The translations under genes and the position numbers were made by a program. DNA of 64,000 nucleotides, taken from an uncultured Planctomycetota bacterium. GTDB lineage: Bacteria > Planctomycetota > Planctomycetia > Isosphaerales > Isosphaeraceae. The notes beneath the pieces were generated by a model. That model made no database searches, had not been told where the DNA came from, and worked only from the letters and a program-made list of their open reading frames with translations. The stretch lies in NCBI GenBank assembly GCA_963823665.1, contig CAWGMQ010000003.1, positions 1,536,001 to 1,600,000 on the forward strand, read 5' to 3'. This document shows positions 21,374 to 30,702 of the stretch, in pieces; positions within the stretch are counted from its first letter, which is position 1, and every line of letters starts with the position of its first letter.

Positions 21374-21765
21374 TTTCGTTTCTTTTGCTTCCTCTCAATC
21401 TCTGCGGCGAGCTGCCTGAGCTCTTCCGCGGAAATCATACGGTCGTCTGCCATTCCAATCAGCAGACTGGGTAACGATCCCTGGCAAAACCGCTCGACGA
21501 CTCGTCGCACCGCCTGATTGGCCAGCTCCGACGGCTTCACCCTGGGCCGATAGACGAAGGTGCGGCCCTCCGTGGTGTGGGCCAGTATCCCCTTGGCTTC
21601 AATCCGCCGCAGGAGCGTTCGGACCGTGGAATCGGTCAGGTCGTGGTCACCCCGAAGCGCTTCGCGAATATCCTCAGCCCGCGCGCTGCCGAGACGCCAG
21701 ATCACAGCCATGATCTCGTTTTCGAGTGGACTCAGAACTGACTCGACGTGTTTTCGTTTGGCCAC
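21370..21765 (-). CDS. BlaI/MecI/CopY-family repressor
   Basis: LSPLENEIMAVIW, STVRTLLRRIEAKG, EGRTFVYRP. Overlaps the start of the M56 gene. Confidence 0.93.
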   Translation of the reverse strand: MAKRKHVESVLSPLENEIMAVIWRLGSARAEDIREALRGDHDLTDSTVRTLLRRIEAKGILAHTTEGRTFVYRPRVKPSELANQAVRRVVERFCQGSLPSLLIGMADDRMISAEELRQLAAEIERKQKKRK

Positions 21766-21791
21766 GGTTTCTCCATCGGTTCCGTCTGTGT

Positions 21792-21827
21792 GTTACAAAC
21801 GGTAACGTTACATATTGTCGCTGTCAA
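21792..21827 (-). promoter_or_regulatory. Promoter with overlapping putative BlaI operator
   Basis: Minus strand TTGACA-17 nt-TACCGT. The inverted repeat GTTAC-N5-GTAAC (21792-21806) covers the -10, and a second GTTACA half-site lies in the spacer. Confidence 0.65.
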
Positions 21828-22035
21828 GAGGCGCCTGGAGACTTGGTGCGATTTGGGTCCCGCTTCTGTAGAATGAATGTCAAGAGACTATCCGTGTTTA
21901 CGCGCACGACACCTTCCAGCAATGGGGCGCTGTCGGAATGGCGGATGGTCCGGGGTTGGCGAGAGTTTTGACACATGTGTATTTCGGGGCTGGTCAGCGA
22001 CGCCGTCGGACACAATCCGCAAGCGGAGGAGCGCC

Positions 22036-22694
22036 ATGAACAGGGAACGGCAGGTGACCGTACGCGGTGCTCCTGTGGCCATCGCAACGTGGCTTGAGAT
22101 GCTGGACGGCCCCATCACCTTGGGTTGGTCGCGTGCGGCCGACATCGAAAAAAAAGCAAGAGGGAAGCGCAGCAGCCGCTGGCCGATCTGTTTAGTCTGG
22201 TCGGGAAGCGGCGTCCATCCCCGGACGGCGGTCTTCCTGCAGCCCATTTCCGACGCCGAGGTCGGCGTGATGAGCCTCGTGGCGCTTGACCGCGGGGAGC
22301 TTGCCCCCGAAGACATTTCGGCGGTTCTGAAAGCCTTCCAGACGGCGCTCATTGCCCCTAGGGGCGACGAGCTCCAGCTAACAGACAGACTCAGCTCCGC
22401 CGGGCTGTCAGAACTGATCAGTCCGCAGGCTCAGGCCCGGTTCAGGGCTTTTGCCCACACGGCCAACAAGGCCGTGCCACACTCTGGCCTCGATCTGCCG
22501 CGCTGGTACACTTTCTCATCCAGCTCCATCGCGACGGGGCCACCCCGCCGCGCGAGACCCTTGAAACGGCTCTGAAGACAGAGACGTTCAGCCCCGAGGC
22601 CATCGGACAGTTGCTCGACGCTTATGAGCGTTCAGAGGATCTGCTGATCCGGTACGACGCGTTCGTCGGCTGGAGCGAGAACAGTCCTGCGTGA
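22036..22694 (+). CDS. Hypothetical protein (frameshift in the T-run near 22512)
   Basis: GGAGGAG SD before ATG 22036. Adding one T gives ...RWYTFLIQLHRDG...YERSEDLLIRYD...* ending in a GTGA overlap with the next ORF. Confidence 0.6.
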
Positions 22695-22966
22695 ACGCGG
22701 CGGTCCAGCGTGTGTTCGACAGGAGGCGTCCGTCCCATAAGCGTGAAGTCAAGGATTCCATTCAATTGGAGCACTGCCTGGAGCTGGCGCGGCGGATTCG
22801 GCTCGAAGGGTTCGCTGAACAAATCATTTTCGCAAGCGCCAACAAGAACGACTACGGGCCGGCGGACGCGCAACAGCCACACCCCGATCTGCGGCCCGAT
22901 TTTGCAGCCGTGAACATGACCTATTTCGACAGCTTGGGCGATGCTGTCGTGCACCTCGGAATCTGA
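22691..22966 (+). pseudogene. C-terminal half of a PIN-like (DUF4935-type) domain
   Basis: RRPSHKREVKDSIQLEH and IIFASANKNDY...HPDL resemble the second half of PIN-like nucleases. No N-terminal half is visible. Confidence 0.5.
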
Positions 22967-23045
22967 CCGCGAATGGCAATCCGCGGCCAGACTTCCCGTG
23001 CCGACGTGATGAGAACCCGAAGGGCCGTCGGGAAGCGTGCCCGAG

Positions 23046-23804
23046 CTAGAGCGTGTCCGCTCGCTTCTTGATCTTGATCACAATGGGTGGCGGGACGGCA
23101 GTGTCTGCGTAGCTAGTGTCCGCCCTCCAATTGCTCAGCTTCTCCTTGACCGGATCACATCCCTCGACTTCGAGCTCCAATTGCCAATTCGAGTAGTACA
23201 CAGTGTAGACAACGTCGCCAAAGAAGTAGATGAGTTCGTCGCAGCCCGGCTGGAACGTCAGAGACGCTCGCCCGTCCGGTCCGGTTTCCAGGTCATGACG
23301 AGTATTCCGGCCGGACAACGTGAGCTTTGCTCGCGGAACGGGAGCCCTTGTTTCGGCATCAACGATGACGAACGTGGTCGGCACCGCTCGGCCCCCGTAG
23401 CATTGAGTGATGGAGCCTATAGGTTGCCGCAAGATCTGCGCGACCTGCGCAAGCGCAAAGCAGGCTAGGGACGCAGCCGCCACCGTAGCCATCATCCCGC
23501 GCACCGTGAATCGCACGCGGGTGGTGCCCTCGCCATAGAGGACGCTGTCACCCACCCGTAGGACCAGGCAACGGAGCAGGAGCCAAGGCCAGACGCGGAC
23601 ATCGACGACACCGCGCTGTCCGCCCAGCTCGAACTCGAACCGAGGGACGAACCAATACCAGCACCACTTGCGAATCACGTTGCCATCAACCGAGATTTTG
23701 TCAGCGAGGCCCCTGCCGTTGTACTCGATGATGTGGACGCGATCGGACAGCCTGAATTCGATGCGGCGGCGTAGCCAGCCACGACCGATCAGCCTTGCCG
23801 ACAT
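23046..23804 (-). CDS. Hypothetical protein with internal RFTVRGMM membrane anchor and beta-sandwich C-terminus
   Basis: ORF; RFTVRGMMATVAAASL; VIVDAETRAPVPRAKL..TGPDGRA. Confidence 0.55.
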   Translation of the reverse strand: MSARLIGRGWLRRRIEFRLSDRVHIIEYNGRGLADKISVDGNVIRKWCWYWFVPRFEFELGGQRGVVDVRVWPWLLLRCLVLRVGDSVLYGEGTTRVRFTVRGMMATVAAASLACFALAQVAQILRQPIGSITQCYGGRAVPTTFVIVDAETRAPVPRAKLTLSGRNTRHDLETGPDGRASLTFQPGCDELIYFFGDVVYTVYYSNWQLELEVEGCDPVKEKLSNWRADTSYADTAVPPPIVIKIKKRADTL

Positions 23805-24097
23805 GAGTGGGTTCCCCGGGCCACCAACGAGTGGTTGTGTCCGTTCGACCTGAATCTCATCAACGTCGCCAACCGCTCGCCTGAAGGGGCTTGATTCAGT
23901 CTACACGTCGCGGTTCCCGCCAAGCGCCAGGGAGCGAGTGTCGAGTCTCAACAATGGATCACCCGTGCCACTTCGCGATATCGTCGCGCGCCTGAGTGTC
24001 AGCGCCAACTATCGTTCAGCGTTTACGCGGTTGGGACGGCTTGGGCGGATCCGGCTCGACGGGCAGCCTGGGAGGCCATTCGGCGCTCTCGGATCCA

Positions 24098-24790
24098 TTA
24101 CAGATCACGAATGGCCTTCAGGACTGACGACGGCGGATTCGGTTCCTTTTCACCCTGGCCGTGCCGGATGATGCGACATGAAAAATACTTCAGCTCCGAG
24201 TAGAACCCGAAGCTGAACGCCATCGCCGGCATGTCTGGGAATGCTTCCTTGTATGCTGCCCCCGGAACCCCGCGGTAGCTGCCGATCTCGATGCCGCGCA
24301 ACTCCCAGACGTCGCCGGGGGCTGAACGAACAAGGTCTGGCTTCTCAAGTTGACTCCTGATCGGCGATACGAGCGAACCGCGGAAATCAACGGGTTTCTC
24401 TAGCCGCTTACCGTTAACAGACGTGACCAGGAACCTGGGCGAGGTTTCCTTGATTAACACCTCGTGACCGGACGCATCCCACCACGACCACTTGCCTTGG
24501 ACTGTGAGCACCTCACCAAGAGGCAAGCCGAGAGACCCGACAATCTCCACACCGTTTCCGATGTCCGCTGCTCGAACCCGGAGCGCTGCGGGCGCCTTGC
24601 GTTCTTGAGCCTGAAGGCGTGCTGCGCCCGTGTAGCCCTCGTAACAAGGTGGCGTCAGAGAAACGACGATCACGAGGACCACCGAGGTGCGCCGCAAGAA
24701 GCAACCGACCGATCGGCGGCTGGTTATCGAGACATCGCCTCGCATGTTCGATCCGTGCTTGCGGTTGAGCGAGGCTCGGTCACGTTTCAT
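24098..24790 (-). CDS. Putative exported hypothetical protein
   Basis: Hydrophobic segment, then VEIVGSLGLPLGEVLTVQG. Start codon uncertain. Confidence 0.55.
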   Translation of the reverse strand: MKRDRASLNRKHGSNMRGDVSITSRRSVGCFLRRTSVVLVIVVSLTPPCYEGYTGAARLQAQERKAPAALRVRAADIGNGVEIVGSLGLPLGEVLTVQGKWSWWDASGHEVLIKETSPRFLVTSVNGKRLEKPVDFRGSLVSPIRSQLEKPDLVRSAPGDVWELRGIEIGSYRGVPGAAYKEAFPDMPAMAFSFGFYSELKYFSCRIIRHGQGEKEPNPPSSVLKAIRDL

Positions 24791-24891
24791 CGTGGGGCTC
24801 CTTTGTTGTGTTGCGTGTCGTTGAAGCCGTAGATCGCCCGCTGTGCGTTTCAATATCGTCTCGCGCCGGGGGCCGTCGCGCCAACCAGGAC

Positions 24892-25299
24892 TCATAACGG
24901 AGGTCGCGATTCAATTGTCGGACGCCTTCTGCGGCTCCTGTTCACGAGGAAACGGCCAATCGCGAAGATGATCAAGGCAAGCATTAAGGCGGCGAGGGCC
25001 TTCTCGATCCTGGCGGCTGAGTGTTTGTACTCTCCGGCGATTTTCATCTGTTCCATGCCCGGCGGTGTCGGCTGATAGAACGACACGCCTCTTTGGCCTG
25101 GGATCCTACGTGCGATCGTGCCGACAGGCCCCGGTCCGGTGATCGAGATCGGATTGAAGAACTGGAACGCCTGGGATTCATGACGGGCAGCAATCATCCG
25201 GAGTCTCTGGCTGTACGCGAGAAGGCCAAAGAACAAGCCCACGATCGCCACCGCGATCATCATCCGCCGGATCGTGAACCGAAAGGAGGGCAATCGCAT
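24892..25299 (-). CDS. Small membrane protein with RFTIRRMMIAVA N-terminus
   Basis: Two hydrophobic segments. Confidence 0.6.
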   Translation of the reverse strand: MRLPSFRFTIRRMMIAVAIVGLFFGLLAYSQRLRMIAARHESQAFQFFNPISITGPGPVGTIARRIPGQRGVSFYQPTPPGMEQMKIAGEYKHSAARIEKALAALMLALIIFAIGRFLVNRSRRRRPTIESRPPL

Positions 25300-25365
25300 G
25301 CCAGGATCTCCGATACCGAGCGTCGACGCTGATGGCACGTCTCAGCAATAGATGGAGCCATTCGC

Positions 25366-25809
25366 TCAATCGGAAAGCGGTGTGGGGTTGGAGAGTAACC
25401 AGGGACGCGAGGCCTTTCGCTCGAACATCCGCCTAATCGCACCGTCCTTTGCCGCTTCCTGATTGCACATGGCGATCAACCGAGCGACCGTCGCGTCATC
25501 GGCGAGATTCTTGGTCCCCAGCGGGTAGTAGATTCGAGGCGAAGGCCCGTGGGTCACGAATTTGACGGCAGTGCCATCGGGTAAAAGAGCATCCACGATC
25601 CGGGATTGCGGCTGACGCTGCACGCCGGCGAGATCGAGAGCGAGGTCCGCGTAGAACGCCTCCATGTGGGCGTGCGGCGCCGCCTGCTCGAGGTAGAACT
25701 CCCGTCTCCTCCACATCCTTTCTGCTCCAAAGCAAAGGGCGGCGACCGCCACCGCGAGCATCATCGATCGAAGTTTGAAAGTCAATCGCTTATGGCTCAT
25801 GGCATTCAT
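25366..25809 (-). CDS. Small membrane-anchored protein with FKLRSMMLAVA N-terminus
   Basis: N-terminal motif plus TM; C-terminal ASRPW...PTP. Confidence 0.6.
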   Translation of the reverse strand: MNAMSHKRLTFKLRSMMLAVAVAALCFGAERMWRRREFYLEQAAPHAHMEAFYADLALDLAGVQRQPQSRIVDALLPDGTAVKFVTHGPSPRIYYPLGTKNLADDATVARLIAMCNQEAAKDGAIRRMFERKASRPWLLSNPTPLSD

Positions 25810-25830
25810 CGGAGACGCGATGCCGACCTG

Positions 25831-26739
25831 CTAATAGGATTCAAACGCGGAATGGATCTGGCCGTCGGTGTCGCGATAGATGTAGATCGATCCCAGATCG
25901 CCGAACATCAATTGATTGTCATCGTCGTCTATCGTGCCGTTTTCGTAATCCGCGTCTAACCCGTATCCTAAACCGAGAGGCTCGGGACTGTTGACCCAGG
26001 GATATGGTACGTGCGGGGCTGCCTGGATCGAGGCGAGCTGGCACAGGAACTGGCCCGACGCTCCCTCTCCGCGCTGGACGAAATGAGGCCACCCCCCGAT
26101 CTTCGTGGCATTCAGGACCGGCAGGTTATAGCTCGTGGCGGCGTCGACTTCTTCCAACTTCTCAACTGCGTCGGGATAATCCGCCGTCCGGTAGATCGCA
26201 CCAAAGAACGGACCGCTAGTGTCTGCGATCAGGTCTGGATCGAATTCCGTCCGGAAGTGTGAACCCAATGCAACCCACTCGAACTGGACCTGCATCGGGT
26301 GCCAGTACCAATCCGGTTCGTCAGCGACAAACAGCAAAAGCAATTCTCCGGGCAACGTCCCGACCAGGTCTGTCGAGTCGGCAAAGTTGAACTGAGCGAA
26401 GAACTTATACGGATTCCCGGCACGATCGGTCGGCCACTTCCGGCTTACAGGCCAAAGCGGCTTGCCACCAATATGCGTGCAGTCTGGACGAGGAGGCTCG
26501 CCTTTTCCAAAGACGAATACATCGGCCGGAACCGCGCGTCCTGTGCGCAGGTTAAATCGATCGCGAAGCGTTTCAACGGAGAACAAATCGTGTGGACTGG
26601 TAATCCACTCGCCGCCGATGTTCTTGTCGTGTCCGGCACGAGTGTAAACGCCGCGGGCGTTCGCCAAATCAAACTCGGGCTGGTGCTTCTTCGAGTCTGG
26701 GACGAGCATCGTGGTCTCCTCACGTCCCGTATTATTCAT
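25831..26739 (-). CDS. DUF1963/YwqG-family protein (putative immunity protein)
   Basis: THIGGKP.WP....WP, FFAQFNF, TKIGGWPHFVQ, FLCQL, MFGDLGSIYIY. Confidence 0.85.
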   Translation of the reverse strand: MNNTGREETTMLVPDSKKHQPEFDLANARGVYTRAGHDKNIGGEWITSPHDLFSVETLRDRFNLRTGRAVPADVFVFGKGEPPRPDCTHIGGKPLWPVSRKWPTDRAGNPYKFFAQFNFADSTDLVGTLPGELLLLFVADEPDWYWHPMQVQFEWVALGSHFRTEFDPDLIADTSGPFFGAIYRTADYPDAVEKLEEVDAATSYNLPVLNATKIGGWPHFVQRGEGASGQFLCQLASIQAAPHVPYPWVNSPEPLGLGYGLDADYENGTIDDDDNQLMFGDLGSIYIYRDTDGQIHSAFESY

Positions 26740-26775
26740 CCACGACTGACCGTAACTTCAGGGAATAATCTTATT

Positions 26776-27816
26776 TTATCTTATTCTGCGAACGGTCCGC
26801 GGCTCAGGGTCCGCCGGATCCAGAACGAATGAGTCGAAATGTGCACGGATGATGCGTGTGTTGGCCAGCGTCTGCTGGAGCTCTTGGATTCCGTCATCGC
26901 TGATTCGGGTACCCGTGACATACAGCCATTGAAGGCGGTTCAATCGCTTGAGACGGGGCAACGCGGCGTCGCTGACTGCGGTGTGGTCGAGGTCCAGCAT
27001 GCCCAGGCGGGTCATGCCCGTGAGGGACGCCAATGCGGCATCGTTGATCTGGCTACCTGGCAGTCTCAAGTTTCCGAGACCGACGAGGCCTTTCAGGTGC
27101 TCCACCCCGGAATTACCGACTCGTGTACCGGCGAGCGAAAGCGTGAAGAGAGCCGTGTGGCCGTTCAGGCTTTCCATGCCGGCATCGCTGACTTGGGTCC
27201 GGTCGAGATTAAGCTGCTTGAGGCTCGCTATATGCCGTAAATGCACCAATCCGGGGTCGCCGATCTTGGTGTCGTCAAGGGAAAGCCGTTTGAGCGACAC
27301 AAACGCCTTCAGGTGCGCCAGACCTGCATCGGTGATTTTTGTCTGGGACAGGTCGAGGCGTTCCAGGCTGGACAGTCCTCTGAGGTGCGCTATCCCGACG
27401 TCAGTCACGGGCGAACGGGCGAGATTCAGGCAATCAAGCTGACTGAGGCGGGCGACCTGGACCAGATCCGCGTCGCTTGCGTGTTCGGTGAGCTCGACGC
27501 GAGTGACGTGACCGAAGTAGTCGATCCCGATCAAGTCCACCAGCCACGTCGGCCACCGGAGCTTGCCGTTGGCGATGGGCTCGCCGTTCTTCCATTGCCA
27601 GTCGTACATCGCGCTGCCGTTGGCCCGCCGAATCGCGGCCACAGCATCACGCTGGATGTGCGCACTCCGCACCAGCCAGCCCAGAACTGCCCCGATCAGC
27701 AAGATCAGGCAAACGAGTCCGCGGACGCTGAAACGCAGCAAGGATCGCCAGGGGCGTCGAGTGGGTTGCCCGGCCAATTCAACCTCCTGAACCGCAAGGC
27801 TCCAACTGTGATTCAT
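26776..27816 (-). CDS. Membrane-anchored leucine-rich-repeat protein
   Basis: RFSVRGL plus TM; about eight 24-aa repeats LxxLxLxxTxIxDAGLxHL. Confidence 0.9.
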   Translation of the reverse strand: MNHSWSLAVQEVELAGQPTRRPWRSLLRFSVRGLVCLILLIGAVLGWLVRSAHIQRDAVAAIRRANGSAMYDWQWKNGEPIANGKLRWPTWLVDLIGIDYFGHVTRVELTEHASDADLVQVARLSQLDCLNLARSPVTDVGIAHLRGLSSLERLDLSQTKITDAGLAHLKAFVSLKRLSLDDTKIGDPGLVHLRHIASLKQLNLDRTQVSDAGMESLNGHTALFTLSLAGTRVGNSGVEHLKGLVGLGNLRLPGSQINDAALASLTGMTRLGMLDLDHTAVSDAALPRLKRLNRLQWLYVTGTRISDDGIQELQQTLANTRIIRAHFDSFVLDPADPEPRTVRRIR

Positions 27817-27825
27817 CTTATCCGC

Positions 27826-28494
27826 TCAGCGAGGTGCAGTACCCTCATCGAGCGGCCGCTCGCCGCTGGCAAGCGCCGGGTGCGACTCGGTCGCCCCACC
27901 ACCCGGATGGAGCGTCAGATAGTATCCGCCCTTCTCCCGGTACGCTTGGTTGTTGGTCTCCATCAGCCGCAATTCGGCGTTTACCATCTCGGCGAACGTC
28001 TCGGCGACCTGTCTCGGCTCGCGCTCGGTCTCGGTCCACTGCATCGGCGGGCTATCGAACGCACCGGTGGCCAGATGATACACGAAGGTGTAACCGTGAT
28101 GAAACAAGAACACGACAGCGTCACGAGGCAGGGTCAGTGCTGGGTCAGTCTCGGCCATCAACTCCAGCGCGTCGTATCGAAATTGCTCAAAGTCTGCGAT
28201 TCCTGCCAAATGACTGCCGCGAAACAGATCGCCGGGCGACTTGGCCATCTCCCGCAAGTAGGTTCGGAACACAGCCGGGAAACAGATGCCCAGGCGTGCC
28301 TCAGCGTCCGTGATCTCGCGTGCAGAGTAGCCGGCGAACGTGGTCAGTCGGCGATGATGCTGCTCGATGAGCTCGGGGGGCGTGTCTCGGAAGACGTACG
28401 GTGGATTCTCGGCCATCGCGACGAGCCGCCGCTTCCAGTCCGCGACGACCGAAGTTGCATCGATCAGCCTCAGCCTCCGTAGCCGTTGGGCCAC
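27826..28494 (-). CDS. SMI1/KNR4 (SUKH) family protein
   Basis: GYSAREITDAEARLGICFPAVFRTYLREM; FLFHHGY..F...DSPP. Confidence 0.85.
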   Translation of the reverse strand: MAQRLRRLRLIDATSVVADWKRRLVAMAENPPYVFRDTPPELIEQHHRRLTTFAGYSAREITDAEARLGICFPAVFRTYLREMAKSPGDLFRGSHLAGIADFEQFRYDALELMAETDPALTLPRDAVVFLFHHGYTFVYHLATGAFDSPPMQWTETEREPRQVAETFAEMVNAELRLMETNNQAYREKGGYYLTLHPGGGATESHPALASGERPLDEGTAPR

Positions 28495-28865
28495 ATCTCG
28501 AGCGTCGAAGCGTAGATCCCACTAAAGGCCCACACACAAGTCGCCATTGAGAGGATGGCCCAGACAACCATCAAAGTGGCAAACACGCTTCCCGCATGTC
28601 GTCTCGCCCGGGGAAAGTCGCAGATGAGGAGACTGATCAGAGAGCCCACGCCCGCTCCGGCGGTCATCAGCGTGACGAAGAGTGTGATGCTAAGCCAGGT
28701 TGACCATACCTGGTAGATGGTCAGCCCACCCGGCCAGCCGTTCGCCCAACCTGGAGCAAAGAAGAACGGGAAGCTCAAGATGGCCTCGGCCAGGAGGGCT
28801 GAACAGCAGAGGACGAAAAGCCGACCGTAGTTTGCGGGGGCCAGAGGACGCGTTGCTTTGTTCAT
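28470..28865 (-). CDS. Hypothetical three-TM membrane protein
   Basis: Three hydrophobic segments; ATGA overlap with the upstream ORF. Confidence 0.6.
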   Translation of the reverse strand: MNKATRPLAPANYGRLFVLCCSALLAEAILSFPFFFAPGWANGWPGGLTIYQVWSTWLSITLFVTLMTAGAGVGSLISLLICDFPRARRHAGSVFATLMVVWAILSMATCVWAFSGIYASTLEMWPNGYGG

Positions 28866-29482
28866 GATGGCCGCCTTCTATCCGCGTCAGCGGCCGCGAC
28901 GCGACGCGTGGCCCAACCGCCGAGTGACTTGAGAATCCGATCTTTAGCTCCGTTTCGGTTCGCCGCCGGAGGGGGGATTGATAGCCGCCGACGCAGGTAG
29001 ATTCGCTGGACAAGGCCGATCTCTCCACGATGAGGACCCGCGACGAACCGAACCAGAATGCGCCTGGAATCATAGCAAGAGTCCTCTTCGGTCGCCCAAT
29101 CCGCCACCACCGCGCCGATGGTACCCGGAGCTATGGGCCAACTCACGCCTTTCCCAAGCCTCGTCCCTTCGAGATCCGAGGGTTCCACCTGCGCACCGTC
29201 CTGTATGACAACTGACTGGTTGGCGGCCAGTTTATCCGTGAATGGCCCCAGGTACGTCCCCTCGCCCCATTGTTCGCCTGTCTGTTCGAACGCAAGCGCT
29301 AATGCGCGATATCGACTTTTATTAGAGACATCGATTGTTGCCTGTCTCCATGCCCACCCGACCGGCGTCGAAGGGAATTCGCGTTCGAATGCCCGCGTGA
29401 CCGCAACTTTGATTCCTAGCAGCACGGCGATCACCGCGACTGCGATCATCGACTGCCGCGTCGTCAGTTGGGGCGGTCGCAC
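28862..29482 (-). CDS. Membrane-anchored hypothetical protein with QLTTRQSMIAVA N-terminus
   Basis: GTG start after AGGAGG; N-terminal motif plus TM. Confidence 0.6.
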   Translation of the reverse strand: MRPPQLTTRQSMIAVAVIAVLLGIKVAVTRAFEREFPSTPVGWAWRQATIDVSNKSRYRALALAFEQTGEQWGEGTYLGPFTDKLAANQSVVIQDGAQVEPSDLEGTRLGKGVSWPIAPGTIGAVVADWATEEDSCYDSRRILVRFVAGPHRGEIGLVQRIYLRRRLSIPPPAANRNGAKDRILKSLGGWATRRVAAADADRRRPS

Positions 29483-29606
29483 GGTTGCCTCCTGGAGAAC
29501 TGACCTTTAATTCAGCCATTCCATCTTCTCGAATCGTTCCGCACTCGGCTGGGCGCGCAAACCATTATCGAGAGCTCACAGGAGCACGTTCGACAAGCCG
29601 GTTTAA

Positions 29607-29999
29607 TCATCTGTCCAGATCGCGGTCCCACAGAGATTCAGCCCGATCCGCCGCCGCCGTGCCATCGAACATTGTATCGAACTTGGCGTCTGACGCGTCT
29701 TCCCAGGCGTCGCCAGGCCGCTGCCTGTATCTTGCCGCGCAGGAAATGCAGCGAAGGAACACGTACTCGAATCCCTCGTCGTCGTCGTCATCGAACCAGC
29801 AGACGATCAGGGCTCGCCGGCCGCAGCCTGGGCACCGATTCATGCGCGTGGGAAGGCGCACGAGCACGAACCCGATGCCATAGAAAATCGCCACGCCGAG
29901 CACGACGGCGCTGAACAGCGCGATCGAAGCAGCGACGATGGTTGCCCTGGTCTCATCGCCGCTCGTCATTTTCAGAAGCCACGTGTAGATTGCACTCAT
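29607..29999 (-). CDS. Small membrane protein with Zn-ribbon
   Basis: TM followed by CPGC...CISC. Confidence 0.55.
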   Translation of the reverse strand: MSAIYTWLLKMTSGDETRATIVAASIALFSAVVLGVAIFYGIGFVLVRLPTRMNRCPGCGRRALIVCWFDDDDDEGFEYVFLRCISCAARYRQRPGDAWEDASDAKFDTMFDGTAAADRAESLWDRDLDR

Positions 30000-30132
30000 G
30001 GCGACGTGACCCGCATGTGCGTGTGCCGACGACCCTGTGGACGACCCGTTCCACGTTCGCACATCCTTCCATGTCCAGACATCGTCCCGCGCCCGGCCGT
30101 CCGCGCCAACACAAGTTCAGTCGATGCGCCGC

Positions 30133-30672
30133 TCATCCTTCGGGAGGAGGCCTGCCCTCGATCTGCTCGTAATGGTGGCGGGCGCAGTAGATACTTGTCT
30201 TGAGACTCTGGGCGCTGCATCCCGCGGATCGGCAGGGGGGATTTCCCGCGGTCGATTGGTCACGGATGCGCACCCAGAAGACGTCCACCTCGATTGCCGC
30301 CGCGTGGTCGAGCCACGCTGGATGCTCCCCAGCTTCACGGAGAACTGCGACAATCTCCTCACAGATGGACTGGCACTGCGGTGATAGCCGCTCGAGCGCC
30401 TGCTCGTTAAAACCTGGGCCAATGACGAAGTACCAGCCACGGTATTCGCGGTTGGCCAGCGTCTCGACGTACTCGGAGAGCTTATCCCGAAGCTCCGGGG
30501 AAAGAGCCTCCACGCAGTGGGGTATAACTCGCTTCGCACAGTCCCCCGCTTGAACCAACTCCATGACGACTCCACCGACCACCTCCGCGCCGGTGAGGAC
30601 GTTTTTCCGCCAAAAAGCGACCATCCTCCGGATGTTGTCAATCGCAGTCGCTTCAACGTAGGTAAGGTCCAT
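30133..30672 (-). CDS. Hypothetical cytoplasmic protein (immunity-like context)
   Basis: ATG after GGAG; helical, acidic ORF. Confidence 0.5.
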   Translation of the reverse strand: MDLTYVEATAIDNIRRMVAFWRKNVLTGAEVVGGVVMELVQAGDCAKRVIPHCVEALSPELRDKLSEYVETLANREYRGWYFVIGPGFNEQALERLSPQCQSICEEIVAVLREAGEHPAWLDHAAAIEVDVFWVRIRDQSTAGNPPCRSAGCSAQSLKTSIYCARHHYEQIEGRPPPEG

Positions 30673-30702
30673 CCGTACTCCATCGCCTGGCTGACGCCGG
30701 CT

